Source: Clostridiaceae bacterium (lineage in GTDB: Bacteria; Bacillota; Clostridia; Saccharofermentanales; DTU023). Taken from it: a stretch of 28,574 bases of DNA. A program made the translations under genes and the position numbers. The stretch lies in contig DUUZ01000040.1 in NCBI GenBank assembly GCA_012841255.1, positions 1 through 28,574 on the forward strand, written 5' to 3'. Below are positions 17,736 to 25,759 of the stretch, piece after piece; position 1 is the first letter of the stretch, and each line of letters opens with the position of its first letter. A model generated the notes under the pieces. It was not told the DNA's origin, did no database searches, and was given only the letters and a program-made list of their open reading frames with translations.

Positions 17736-18902
17736 CTATTCGCTCACGAAACCGCCGTCTTTGAGAATGACCGCAGCTTGCTCCAGATTAGCCTCCGACA
17801 CACGGACAATGGGGCCGGTACAGCCCATTCCGCTTTCCGCATAAATCTTCTTGCTCCAAAGAAGGTGGACGGCGTCTTCCAGGTCCAGGACGTCGATGCC
17901 CTCAATCTGCTCTGTAACCACCTCGGAGGGAGGAGCCGCAATGGTCTCCGCTGCCGCGGACTTGCCGGCTGCCGCTTCCCGCCGCTCGGCCAGGATCCGA
18001 TCCAGGCCGGCCTTTCTGGCCAGGCTGAGTTCATTCATGTAGACAGACTTGAGTCCGCCGCGGGCCAGGGAGGCCGCGTAGGCCACTGCCCCGGCAATGA
18101 CCGGAACGCCGGAGGCCCGGGAGACGATCATGACGATCCCCGACATCTTCTCCCCGACGCCGGGGCCGTAACCGGCACCTGACGTCTCATAGGAGCCGCC
18201 GGAGGTAAAGGCCGACAGCACCTTCATGAGGACGTTGCCAGTCAGGGAATCGGTCACCAGGACATCCTGGGAGGCCATGAGCAGGTCGTTGCCCCGCATG
18301 ACCGCCCCGCCGTCGGAACGGCCGGATGATGCGAAGTTCAGGGGGTAGCCATTGTCCTTCAGCTCTTTGAGGATTCCCTCCACCTGCCGGGTACCGTCCA
18401 GATTCAGGAGGCCGACTGTGGGGGACTGGATCCCGTCCGCTTTGGCGGTTGCAACACCAGCGATGGTATTGAGGACCATGGCCTCCACCCGGTCGGTGGA
18501 TGTCGTGCCGGTCGTGGTCGCCAGATAGACGTCCTTGCCGGTCGCGGGAGCGACCACCCGGCCCACCGTGGAAACCCCGATGGGGAAGGGGTAATGCATG
18601 GCGACGGCCGCATCGGCCTCGCCCTTGGACAGCAGTTCTTCCATTTTTTCGAAGGCATCGTCAGCGCAGCTGCAGGGGATGGTGGTCACACCCTCTCCTT
18701 GCACATTGCCAAGATAGAGAACTTCGATTCCTTTTTTTGCGGCCAGGACGCAAGCCTGTATGACATTGTCCTCGCCCAGCTCCGAGCCGGGGCCGATGAC
18801 GGCGACCCGGGTCTTCTTGCCGAACTGGCCCGTTTCAAGGGCGTCCGCCAGCTCATTGAAGATGCCGGCAATATCGCGTTTGATCTGATCCATGGCGATC
18901 AC
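17736..18902 (-). CDS. grdD: Glycine reductase complex protein C, alpha (acetyl-thioester) subunit
   Basis: GSELG, MHYPFPIGVSTVGRV, LATTTGT, SRASG and ESGMGCTGP (active-site Cys) motifs. Confidence 0.95.
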   Translation of the reverse strand: MIAMDQIKRDIAGIFNELADALETGQFGKKTRVAVIGPGSELGEDNVIQACVLAAKKGIEVLYLGNVQGEGVTTIPCSCADDAFEKMEELLSKGEADAAVAMHYPFPIGVSTVGRVVAPATGKDVYLATTTGTTSTDRVEAMVLNTIAGVATAKADGIQSPTVGLLNLDGTRQVEGILKELKDNGYPLNFASSGRSDGGAVMRGNDLLMASQDVLVTDSLTGNVLMKVLSAFTSGGSYETSGAGYGPGVGEKMSGIVMIVSRASGVPVIAGAVAYAASLARGGLKSVYMNELSLARKAGLDRILAERREAAAGKSAAAETIAAPPSEVVTEQIEGIDVLDLEDAVHLLWSKKIYAESGMGCTGPIVRVSEANLEQAAVILKDGGFVSE

Positions 18903-20434
18903 CTGCTCTCCAGGAGACCTGAGGCGAAATCCCGGAGCGATTCGGCGATCAGCTTGCGGATTTCGTCGCTGGAAACCGAGGAAGCGGCCGATTCACCCTT
19001 ATTCGGTTCCATGATGAAGGAGACACCGTCAAAGAGGTTGGTAATCCGGCCCAGGAACAAGGAGCCCTTGCCCACGATCATGACGCGGTTAACCTCTCCC
19101 TTAAGCATGGATTCACGGGCATGGCCCATCAAAGGCACACCGGAAGGGATATGGCCCTGAGTGGGGGCAAAGCCGGGCAGGCCGTGCTTCTCAACAAAGG
19201 CTGCCAGATCCCTGCGTTCCAGGTCGCCTTCCTTGACGGCCAGAGCACCGATCATCTTCATGTTGGCTTCGGGGACGTTGCCGGCACCGGCCGGTTTCGT
19301 AATATCGGGGTTCTGCATCTCGGGTGAGTAGTAGTCAATGTCGGTCACTTTCAGACCTGCTTTGGCCAGGGGTTGGGTGACCAGGGAAGCGATGACATTT
19401 TGGGGAGAGCTGCCGGTGCCGACGGCGTGCCAGCCTACATTCTCCACGTTGATCTCAGGATTTTTCCCGTCGTTTTCAGAAATGATGACGGCGAAACCGC
19501 CCAGGCAGTCCTCCAGGATGGGCAGGCCTTTTTTGACGTGGTCCTTGCCGTTCATGCCCAGCTTGGCAGTCGATCCGCCGGCGGTCACAGCCACGGTCTT
19601 GAAGGTCCCGGCCTTGACCAGTGAGGCTGCCACCATGACGGCGTGGGCGGGGGCTGCACAAAAGCCCCGGACGTCAGAGCCGGTGGAGTGGGTCAGACCC
19701 GCAATCTCGGCCGTCGCCTTACCGAAGTTGCCGCCGCCTCTCTGGTTCATGTCGCCGCAGGCTTCCTCGGAACAGTCGATGGTGTATTCAACATCTTCGG
19801 GGCTGATTCCGGCATTCTTAACCGCATAAAGGAGGGCCAGGACACTGGAGGCCTTGGAGACCAGGTTCTCAATCATGACGTGGGCCGACAGGTTGGGGTC
19901 AATGTCGTGGGCACGGCGGACGGCACCGACCAGATGATCATCTTTGTAAAGACCTTCCGCGCCTTCCTCTTCGACCATCTTCTTCAAACGCTCTTGATCG
20001 ACACCCTCCCTGATTCTTTTCAGGATGTATTCCGTGATGATAGGGTCTTCAGCCAGCTTGGGCAGGGTTCCTGCGACAAAGTCTTTGTCCAGGTAGACCA
20101 GCTCAAATTCGTCAGCAGCCTGGATCAGGAGGTAGAACTCGTCCTGGGGCATAATTTCCCCGAAAAGGCCGTAGCGGTCGTCTGTTGGGGCCTCAAGGTC
20201 CTGCCAGGGGCCTTCCACCTTGGCAAGCTCAAAAGGAGTGATATTGCCGATGTAGGTCTGATTGGGGTAATATGCGCACACACGGTCGTAGGGGCGTAGG
20301 TGGGATTTGATTTGTTTCAGGTAGTCTGAATCGGGGTTGACAATGCGCTCAGTCGTCTGCGTAGTCCCGTTATGCATGATCATGTCGGGGGTATGGACGA
20401 GGATATAGCCGGCGCCTTTCATTACACTGTTCAT
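18899..20434 (-). CDS. grdC: Glycine reductase complex protein C, beta subunit
   Basis: GYILVHTPDM..HNGTTQ, DCSEEACGDMNQRGGG, GFCAAP, PTQGHIPSG and GKGSLFLGR motifs. Confidence 0.95.
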   Translation of the reverse strand: MNSVMKGAGYILVHTPDMIMHNGTTQTTERIVNPDSDYLKQIKSHLRPYDRVCAYYPNQTYIGNITPFELAKVEGPWQDLEAPTDDRYGLFGEIMPQDEFYLLIQAADEFELVYLDKDFVAGTLPKLAEDPIITEYILKRIREGVDQERLKKMVEEEGAEGLYKDDHLVGAVRRAHDIDPNLSAHVMIENLVSKASSVLALLYAVKNAGISPEDVEYTIDCSEEACGDMNQRGGGNFGKATAEIAGLTHSTGSDVRGFCAAPAHAVMVAASLVKAGTFKTVAVTAGGSTAKLGMNGKDHVKKGLPILEDCLGGFAVIISENDGKNPEINVENVGWHAVGTGSSPQNVIASLVTQPLAKAGLKVTDIDYYSPEMQNPDITKPAGAGNVPEANMKMIGALAVKEGDLERRDLAAFVEKHGLPGFAPTQGHIPSGVPLMGHARESMLKGEVNRVMIVGKGSLFLGRITNLFDGVSFIMEPNKGESAASSVSSDEIRKLIAESLRDFASGLLESR

Positions 20435-20498
20435 CTGTTGTATCGCTCCTGTCTTGTGATCTTTATTTATATAAAAATTTGAATTTCTTAACTGTTAA

Positions 20499-20545
20499 GA
20501 TGCCCCGGGCCGGCCCCAAGGATTTGGGGTTGGCACCGGGGCATC
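20499..20545 (-). other. Long GC-rich stem-loop just 3' of grdA
   Basis: GATGCCCCGG/CCGGGGCATC perfect 10-bp base stem, plus an inner GCC/GGC, CCCC/GGGG, AA/TT stem. Confidence 0.75.
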
Positions 20546-20560
20546 GTCTCGTCAACCGAG

Positions 20561-21037
20561 TTAAGCACTGTATTTGCTGAACTCTTCGCGAATTGCCTTC
20601 ATTTCTTCGGCGATCTCATCGATGTCGAGAACCATCTCCATCATGGAAACCTGCTCTTCGTACACTTCCGGATCATAATCCGCCTTGACTTCCTCTTCAC
20701 ACACGTGGTAGACATTGAGTCCCAACGAGACTCCTGTCAACGGACCTGCGAATGTCGGGTCACCGTTTGTGACCGTCTCAGCAGCGATACCGGAGGCCTC
20801 ACCTTCAGCGGCACCCAGAAGGACAACAATATCCTCAGGGTTATGCTCTTCAGTGAGATCCTTGATACGCTTCTGATTCTCCAGATCCATTGCACCCGCG
20901 GCCGTTCAGACGAAGCACTCCGTTGCGGAGAAGATAACCTCGGCACCAGCTGATTCTGCGCAAAGCGCGATTGCCGGGCCGGGGATTCCGTCGCGGTCAC
21001 CGATGATGATGACCTTCTTGCCATTGAGTATGCTCAT
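20561..21037 (-). CDS. grdA: Glycine reductase selenoprotein A (158 aa; UGA=Sec at codon 44, nt 20908-20906)
   Basis: Translated by hand from ATG 21037 (RBS AAGGAG): [23 protein letters not shown]...[19 protein letters not shown]. It is in frame with ORF 20561..20890, which the track truncates. Confidence 0.95.
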
Positions 21038-21096
21038 ATCCTGCTCCTTTCCTGTTTATTTAGAGGTGTTTTTTAAACGGGTCACCCACCCAAAGC

Positions 21097-21116
21097 GCAG
21101 GGCCCGGAGGCCCTGC
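21097..21116 (-). other. 8-bp hairpin with a cUCCGg (UNCG-type) tetraloop between trxA and grdA
   Basis: Minus strand GCAGGGCC-UCCG-GGCCCUGC, a perfect stem. Confidence 0.7.
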
Positions 21117-21132
21117 AGCAGGATTGTAAACG

Positions 21133-21450
21133 TTAGATATACTTCTTGATCATGGCCTCGACCGCTTCAGGGGTCGCATCATCCTTGATCAGCTCTTCCA
21201 CTTTGACACCGCCCTGGTAGATGGCGATGACCGGAAGGCCCAGGATCCGCTGGCCGATGGCCAGGCGTCTGGCACCTGAAGTGTTGAGGGCTGTGAAGCG
21301 GAGGCGGTCGCCGTATTCTTCCTCAAGTTTCAGAATATGGGGTTTCAGGGCCTCACAGGGAACACAGCCGTTGCCGTAGAAGTCAACGAGAACAGGCTCT
21401 TCCGACTGAAGAATTTCGCTTTCGAAGTTATTCTTGTCGAGTTCAAACAT
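21133..21450 (-). CDS. trxA: Thioredoxin (grd-associated GCVPC type)
   Basis: VLVDFYGNGCVPC active site; ATG 21450 with RBS AAAGGA. Confidence 0.92.
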   Translation of the reverse strand: MFELDKNNFESEILQSEEPVLVDFYGNGCVPCEALKPHILKLEEEYGDRLRFTALNTSGARRLAIGQRILGLPVIAIYQGGVKVEELIKDDATPEAVEAMIKKYI

Positions 21451-21503
21451 GGTTATCTTTCCTTTCACTAGCCAATCACGCCGGATGCCAGGTCGTGTTC
21501 AAC

Positions 21504-22427
21504 CTACATGGCGGCGATGGCTCCGTCCGAACAGGCGGTGACCACCTGGCGGAGCGGTTTCTTCCGGATATCACCGGCGGCGTAGACGCCCTTGACATTG
21601 GTCCGCATTTCTTCGTCGGTCAGAATGTAGTTGTACTCCATGTCGATGACATCGCGGAAAAGTTCGGAGTTGGGCAGGAAGCCGATGAAAACGAATACAC
21701 CGAACATGCCGTCTTCCTCATCTGCCTCGAGCCGGGTCAGCTCGCCGGTCTTGACATTCTTGACTGTCATGGCGGACAGGACTCCGTCATCACCATGGAG
21801 CTCCTCGACCACCGAATCCCAGAGGAATTCGATCTTATCGTTGGCAAAGGCCCGTTCACGGATGGACTGGACAGCCCGCAGTTCATCCCGGCGGTGAACG
21901 ATGGTCACCTTGCGAGCGAACTTGGTCAGGTACATGGCTTCTTCAACGGCAGTATCGCCGCCGCCGATCACGTAGACTTCCAGGTCTTCAAAGAAAGAGC
22001 CGTCGCAGGTGGCGCAGTAGGAAACACCGCGTCCCACCAGATCCGCCTCACCCGGGCAGCCGATGGGCCTGGGGTGGGCTCCCGAGGCAATGATGACAGC
22101 CTTGGATTCACGAACCCCTTCACGGGTGTGGACGCGTTTGACCGGCCCTTCCAGTTCGACACGGGTCACGTCAGCAGACAGGCGCTCGACGCCGAAGTGG
22201 GCCACCTGGGCGGTCATGCGGGCGATGAGCTCAGCTCCGCTTTCAATCTTTTCGGGGCCTGACAGGCCGCCGGGGTAATTTTCAATTTCATCGGTGATGG
22301 CGATTTGGCCGCCGTCCGGACCGCGTTCGATCAGGAGCGTATCCAGGCGCGAGCGCCCGGCGTACAGTCCGGCGGTCAGGCCGGCCGGACCGGCCCCGAT
22401 GATGATAAGGTCATAAATCTTGTCCAT
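21504..22427 (-). CDS. trxB: Thioredoxin reductase; the frame ends at a TAG that appears premature
   Basis: GAGPAG, GVSYCATCDG, GGGDTA, HRRD..RA and YAAGDIR motifs. It ends at DGAIAAM, followed by TAG and 11 more sense codons. Confidence 0.92.
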   Translation of the reverse strand: MDKIYDLIIIGAGPAGLTAGLYAGRSRLDTLLIERGPDGGQIAITDEIENYPGGLSGPEKIESGAELIARMTAQVAHFGVERLSADVTRVELEGPVKRVHTREGVRESKAVIIASGAHPRPIGCPGEADLVGRGVSYCATCDGSFFEDLEVYVIGGGDTAVEEAMYLTKFARKVTIVHRRDELRAVQSIRERAFANDKIEFLWDSVVEELHGDDGVLSAMTVKNVKTGELTRLEADEEDGMFGVFVFIGFLPNSELFRDVIDMEYNYILTDEEMRTNVKGVYAAGDIRKKPLRQVVTACSDGAIAAM

Positions 22428-22457
22428 GACTGATCCTTCCTGCGGCCAGGCCGCTGT

Positions 22458-23765
22458 TTATTCAAAGATGGTCTGATCAGTGACTTCCGTCATCAGGGCC
22501 TTCAGGGCCTTGTCGATCAGTTCGCTTCGCAGTTTGTACTCTTCCTCCGGGGACAGATCAGGCTTGCCCAGGGGGTAGGGGATGGCCACTGTGGGGACGA
22601 TTCTGTTGGCGCCGACTGTCAGTGAGATCGGGGTGACCGTGCACATGTGGACAACCGGGATGCCTGCGCGTTCAATTTCCTTAACCATTGTTGCACCGCA
22701 ACGTGTACAGGTTCCTCAGGTCGAGGTAAGGATGACGGCATCCACTCCTTGTGAAACAAGCTTCTCTGCAATATCCACTGCAAAGCGCTTGGAGTTGGCA
22801 ACGGAGGTGCCGTTGCCAACGGTGGAGTAGAACCAGTTGTGCAGCTTGCCGATCTTGCCGTCCTTTTCGTACTGGCGGAGAACGTCGACGGGGACCACGC
22901 GGTCTGCATCCTCATTGGCATAGACCGGGTCATAACCGCCGTGGGCCGTCTCATAGGTCTCGGCTGTCAGATCGTCGACACCCTCGATATTATAGGCACC
23001 ATATTTGGTTGCGGAAGAACTCTCGATACGGTCGGGGTTGCCCTTGGGAACGATCCCGCCCGAGGTCACGATGGCGATTTGTGCCTTGGTGATATCCTTG
23101 ATGGCCGGCTGGGGTTCCACCCGGTCGAAGGAAGGCATGGGGTACTCCGTGACAAAGGGTTTGTCGGCCAGCTTCTTCATGAGCATGTTGACCGCACGGG
23201 CAGCGCCGCGCTCCTTGTCGAAGAAGTTCTTGCGAATGCCGTTAGGCAGGTAGCCGTCCTCGATGGAGGCGCCGATGGCTTCACCGGTCATCAGCTTCAG
23301 GCCCAGCTTGGCCATGAGCGGAACGACTTTTCTCATGCCGGCGGCATTGTCGCCGGTAGCGATGGTGTAGACCTTCTCGCGGAACATATCCGCTCCGGGG
23401 TTCTCTTCGTACATGCCGGTGACGGCGGGAATCCCCAGCTCTGTCTGGACGGCATCGGCGATGGTGCCGCAGGCGACACCGTAACGGCCGGCGTTGAAGG
23501 CGGGACCTGCAACGAAGAGGTCGGGTTTTTCTTCACGGACCATCTCAAGGACCAGGGCTTTCGCCGTTTCCAGATTCTCATTGAACCAGGAGTCCCCGGA
23601 GATGATGGTGGCGGTGATTTCAGCCTTGTCGCCGAAGGCCTGCTGGAAGGCGATGCCCGGGCCGACCGGCCCCTGGCGTTTTTCAGCCGGGAAATCCGCC
23701 ATGTCTTCGCTGCCGATCTGGCCGAAGAACTGATTGATATAATGAACGACCTTGAATTTACTCAC
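22458..23765 (-). CDS. grdB: Glycine reductase selenoprotein B (435 aa; UGA=Sec at codon 350, nt 22718-22716)
   Basis: VVHYINQFFGQIG, AGPAFNAGRYG and ILTST-U-GTCTRCGATMVKEIER motifs. ORFs 22716..23765 and 22458..22688 are in the same frame. Glycine versus sarcosine (GrdF) specificity cannot be fully resolved by eye. Confidence 0.9.
22690..22702 (-). promoter_or_regulatory. Putative SECIS hairpin of grdB
   Basis: GUUGC-GGU-GCAAC begins 13 nt after the UGA. Confidence 0.55.
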
Positions 23766-23775
23766 CGTATCCTCC

Positions 23776-25059
23776 TTAGCGTGCGCTCATGTGGTTGAAA
23801 CCAAGCTCATTGGTTGCCCCGATGATGACCTGGATTTCTGCTTCAATGGACCCGTCGGGACGGAGGGAGCCGTCATGGCCGCCTGCGATTGTATCGACAT
23901 AATCGAGTGTCCCGATGATGTGATCCATGGGAGGCAGCACGATGGTCTCGTTGGCATTGCCTGCGGAGACGACCGCATTGGCCAGTTCATCCGCGTCGGC
24001 CAGGGACTGGCTCTTGCCATCCTGTCCGGCATATTCATCCGTCACGATAACGGTTTTAATGCCCTTCTTCTCCAGTTTGGTGCAGTTCATGATCAGGTCG
24101 GTATCGGGGTTGCCGAAGCCTTCCTGGCTGATGATGGCACCGTCGAAGGGCAGGAATCCCGCCATATCCGCCGTCCAGTCCGAGGAACGGATCTTGTCTG
24201 ACAGATAAACGGTTTCGTTGGTGATGATCATCCCGACGAAGTTCAGGGTCTTGCCGTGGCGGGCCAGAAGTTCTTCGATGATGGGATTGTTGAGGTGGTG
24301 GTAGGTGGTGTTCTTGTCACAGGCCGACACGCAGTTGCCGGAGACGATGGCACCGTCCATCAGCTCGGTGGGGCGGATCAGGGTCGACAGGGTTCTCTTG
24401 GCGTCAACACCGTAAACGTAGGTGTCGTGCAGGAGGCCCTGGCTTTGCAGCATCATGACATAGCCGACCCGGGGCAGGCCGCGGAGTTTGGCGTCAAAGG
24501 TCTCGGCGATGGTCGGCGTCTCATAGACAACCGTCTCGTCCGGCGCAATATTGCGGGCCAGTTCACCGACGGTCACGGCGATTTTCAGGCCGGCCAGGCG
24601 GGCTGCTTTTTCATACTCGTGGGGATGGATCCCTTCTGCAGGCTCCATGACGAGGACCAGGTTGTGTGTTTTCGAGAAGGGGGTGTAGTCGGCACCGGGG
24701 CCTGACATGTCGATGATCCCCTCCTGGAAGCCGACGATCTTGCCGGCGGTCACCACAGCCATGCCGCGCATGACGTGGGTCTTGCCTGAACCGACACGGT
24801 CAACCTTGGAGATGACGCCGGGGAAAATACCGCCCGGGCCTTCCACCTTGACTCTGGGTTCAATAACGTCCTTGACGGGAGTAATCCGTGTTTTTTCACC
24901 CGGTGACGCGATTTCAAAACGCGCCGCCTTGATATGCGGATCTTCCAGGACCTGTTCGATCAGCGTATCCGGATTGACGACAAGCACGCGGTCTTCAACG
25001 GCGTTGTATGTGCCGAACCGGATGCCTTTGATGTCAATATAGCCTAATTCCAGTTTCAC
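23776..25059 (-). CDS. grdE: Glycine reductase protein B proprotein
   Basis: MKLELG.I; ITPVKDVIEPR; GIIDMSGPGA; GNCVSACDKN (Cys cleavage/pyruvoyl site); EGFGNPD; DEYAGQDG. GTG start. Confidence 0.9.
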   Translation of the reverse strand: MKLELGYIDIKGIRFGTYNAVEDRVLVVNPDTLIEQVLEDPHIKAARFEIASPGEKTRITPVKDVIEPRVKVEGPGGIFPGVISKVDRVGSGKTHVMRGMAVVTAGKIVGFQEGIIDMSGPGADYTPFSKTHNLVLVMEPAEGIHPHEYEKAARLAGLKIAVTVGELARNIAPDETVVYETPTIAETFDAKLRGLPRVGYVMMLQSQGLLHDTYVYGVDAKRTLSTLIRPTELMDGAIVSGNCVSACDKNTTYHHLNNPIIEELLARHGKTLNFVGMIITNETVYLSDKIRSSDWTADMAGFLPFDGAIISQEGFGNPDTDLIMNCTKLEKKGIKTVIVTDEYAGQDGKSQSLADADELANAVVSAGNANETIVLPPMDHIIGTLDYVDTIAGGHDGSLRPDGSIEAEIQVIIGATNELGFNHMSAR

Positions 25060-25091
25060 CTTTTCACCTCATTGCAGTGGTCCGGCAGGGG

Positions 25092-25493
25092 CTAAGCCTG
25101 ACCGGCGGCCTCCATGGACATGAGCGCACTCTCCATCAGGCTTTTATCAACAATTTGAAAGTCCTGGAGAATGGCCTGGGATACAGTCCGGGGGCTGGCT
25201 TTTGTTTCTCTTAATATTGCCAAAGCACGTTCCATGAGATCCAGTGAAAACAGGTCCATCGGTCCTTCCGGCTCAGCTGTCAGCATGACCGACCGGTAGG
25301 GGGTCTCCCACGGCTTGATGCTCCCGGCCAGGGGGGCCGTCAGGATACGGTGCCCCACATGGACCAGGTCGCGCGCGCGCAAAAGAACATCCCGGTCGTT
25401 CCCCTCTTCAATAAATTGAATGGAGAAACGTCCGCTGAAGGCCTCAGCGACCATTGGATTGTTCGTCAGGATTAGGAAAGAGCTTGTAAGCAC
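25092..25493 (-). CDS. grdX: GrdX family protein; start uncertain (GTG 25493 or TTG 25529)
   Basis: ILTNNPMV, RDLVH.GH.ILT.PLAGSIKP.ETPYRSV and DFQIVD.SL motifs; first gene of the grd operon. Confidence 0.85.
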   Translation of the reverse strand: MLTSSFLILTNNPMVAEAFSGRFSIQFIEEGNDRDVLLRARDLVHVGHRILTAPLAGSIKPWETPYRSVMLTAEPEGPMDLFSLDLMERALAILRETKASPRTVSQAILQDFQIVDKSLMESALMSMEAAGQA

Positions 25494-25544
25494 TATGCTA
25501 AATATTCGCTTTCTGCATTTCACACCCAAAAATTACCAGGTACC

Positions 25545-25572
25545 ATTATGCCAAAAGAAAACAATCCTGCAA
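25545..25572 (-). promoter_or_regulatory. Possible sigma-A promoter of the grd operon
   Basis: TTGCAG-16 nt-CATAAT with an upstream TG; weak match. Confidence 0.35.
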
Positions 25573-25666
25573 GTTGACATAAAGGAGATAAAGCAATGAA
25601 TTTCCCCGTGCTTGTATAAGATTAATAATAAAAGAAGGAAAATGCAGAAAAATGCCGAATAAAGGA

Positions 25667-25710
25667 GATCGCCCGCATTTTCCTGTATAGGAGCAGAAGT
25701 GCGGGCGATC
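25667..25710 (-). terminator. Long hairpin downstream of pheT, probable pheST terminator
   Basis: Perfect 11-bp arms GATCGCCCGCA/TGCGGGCGATC with an inner TCCT/AGGA stem, followed by a pyrimidine-rich tract on the minus strand. Confidence 0.65.
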
Positions 25711-25759
25711 CCGGTCATTCAAAAACTGTTACATTCGATACGGAAATATCGATATTCGG

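Noticed and set aside
20561-23765. grdA and grdB as frameshifted or truncated pseudogenes
   Set aside because: The interrupting codons are in-frame UGA at the known Sec positions (CFVU; STUG).
25745-25756. 12-bp palindrome AATATCGATATT just after the pheT stop
   Set aside because: Short, far from the candidate grd promoter and plausible by chance.
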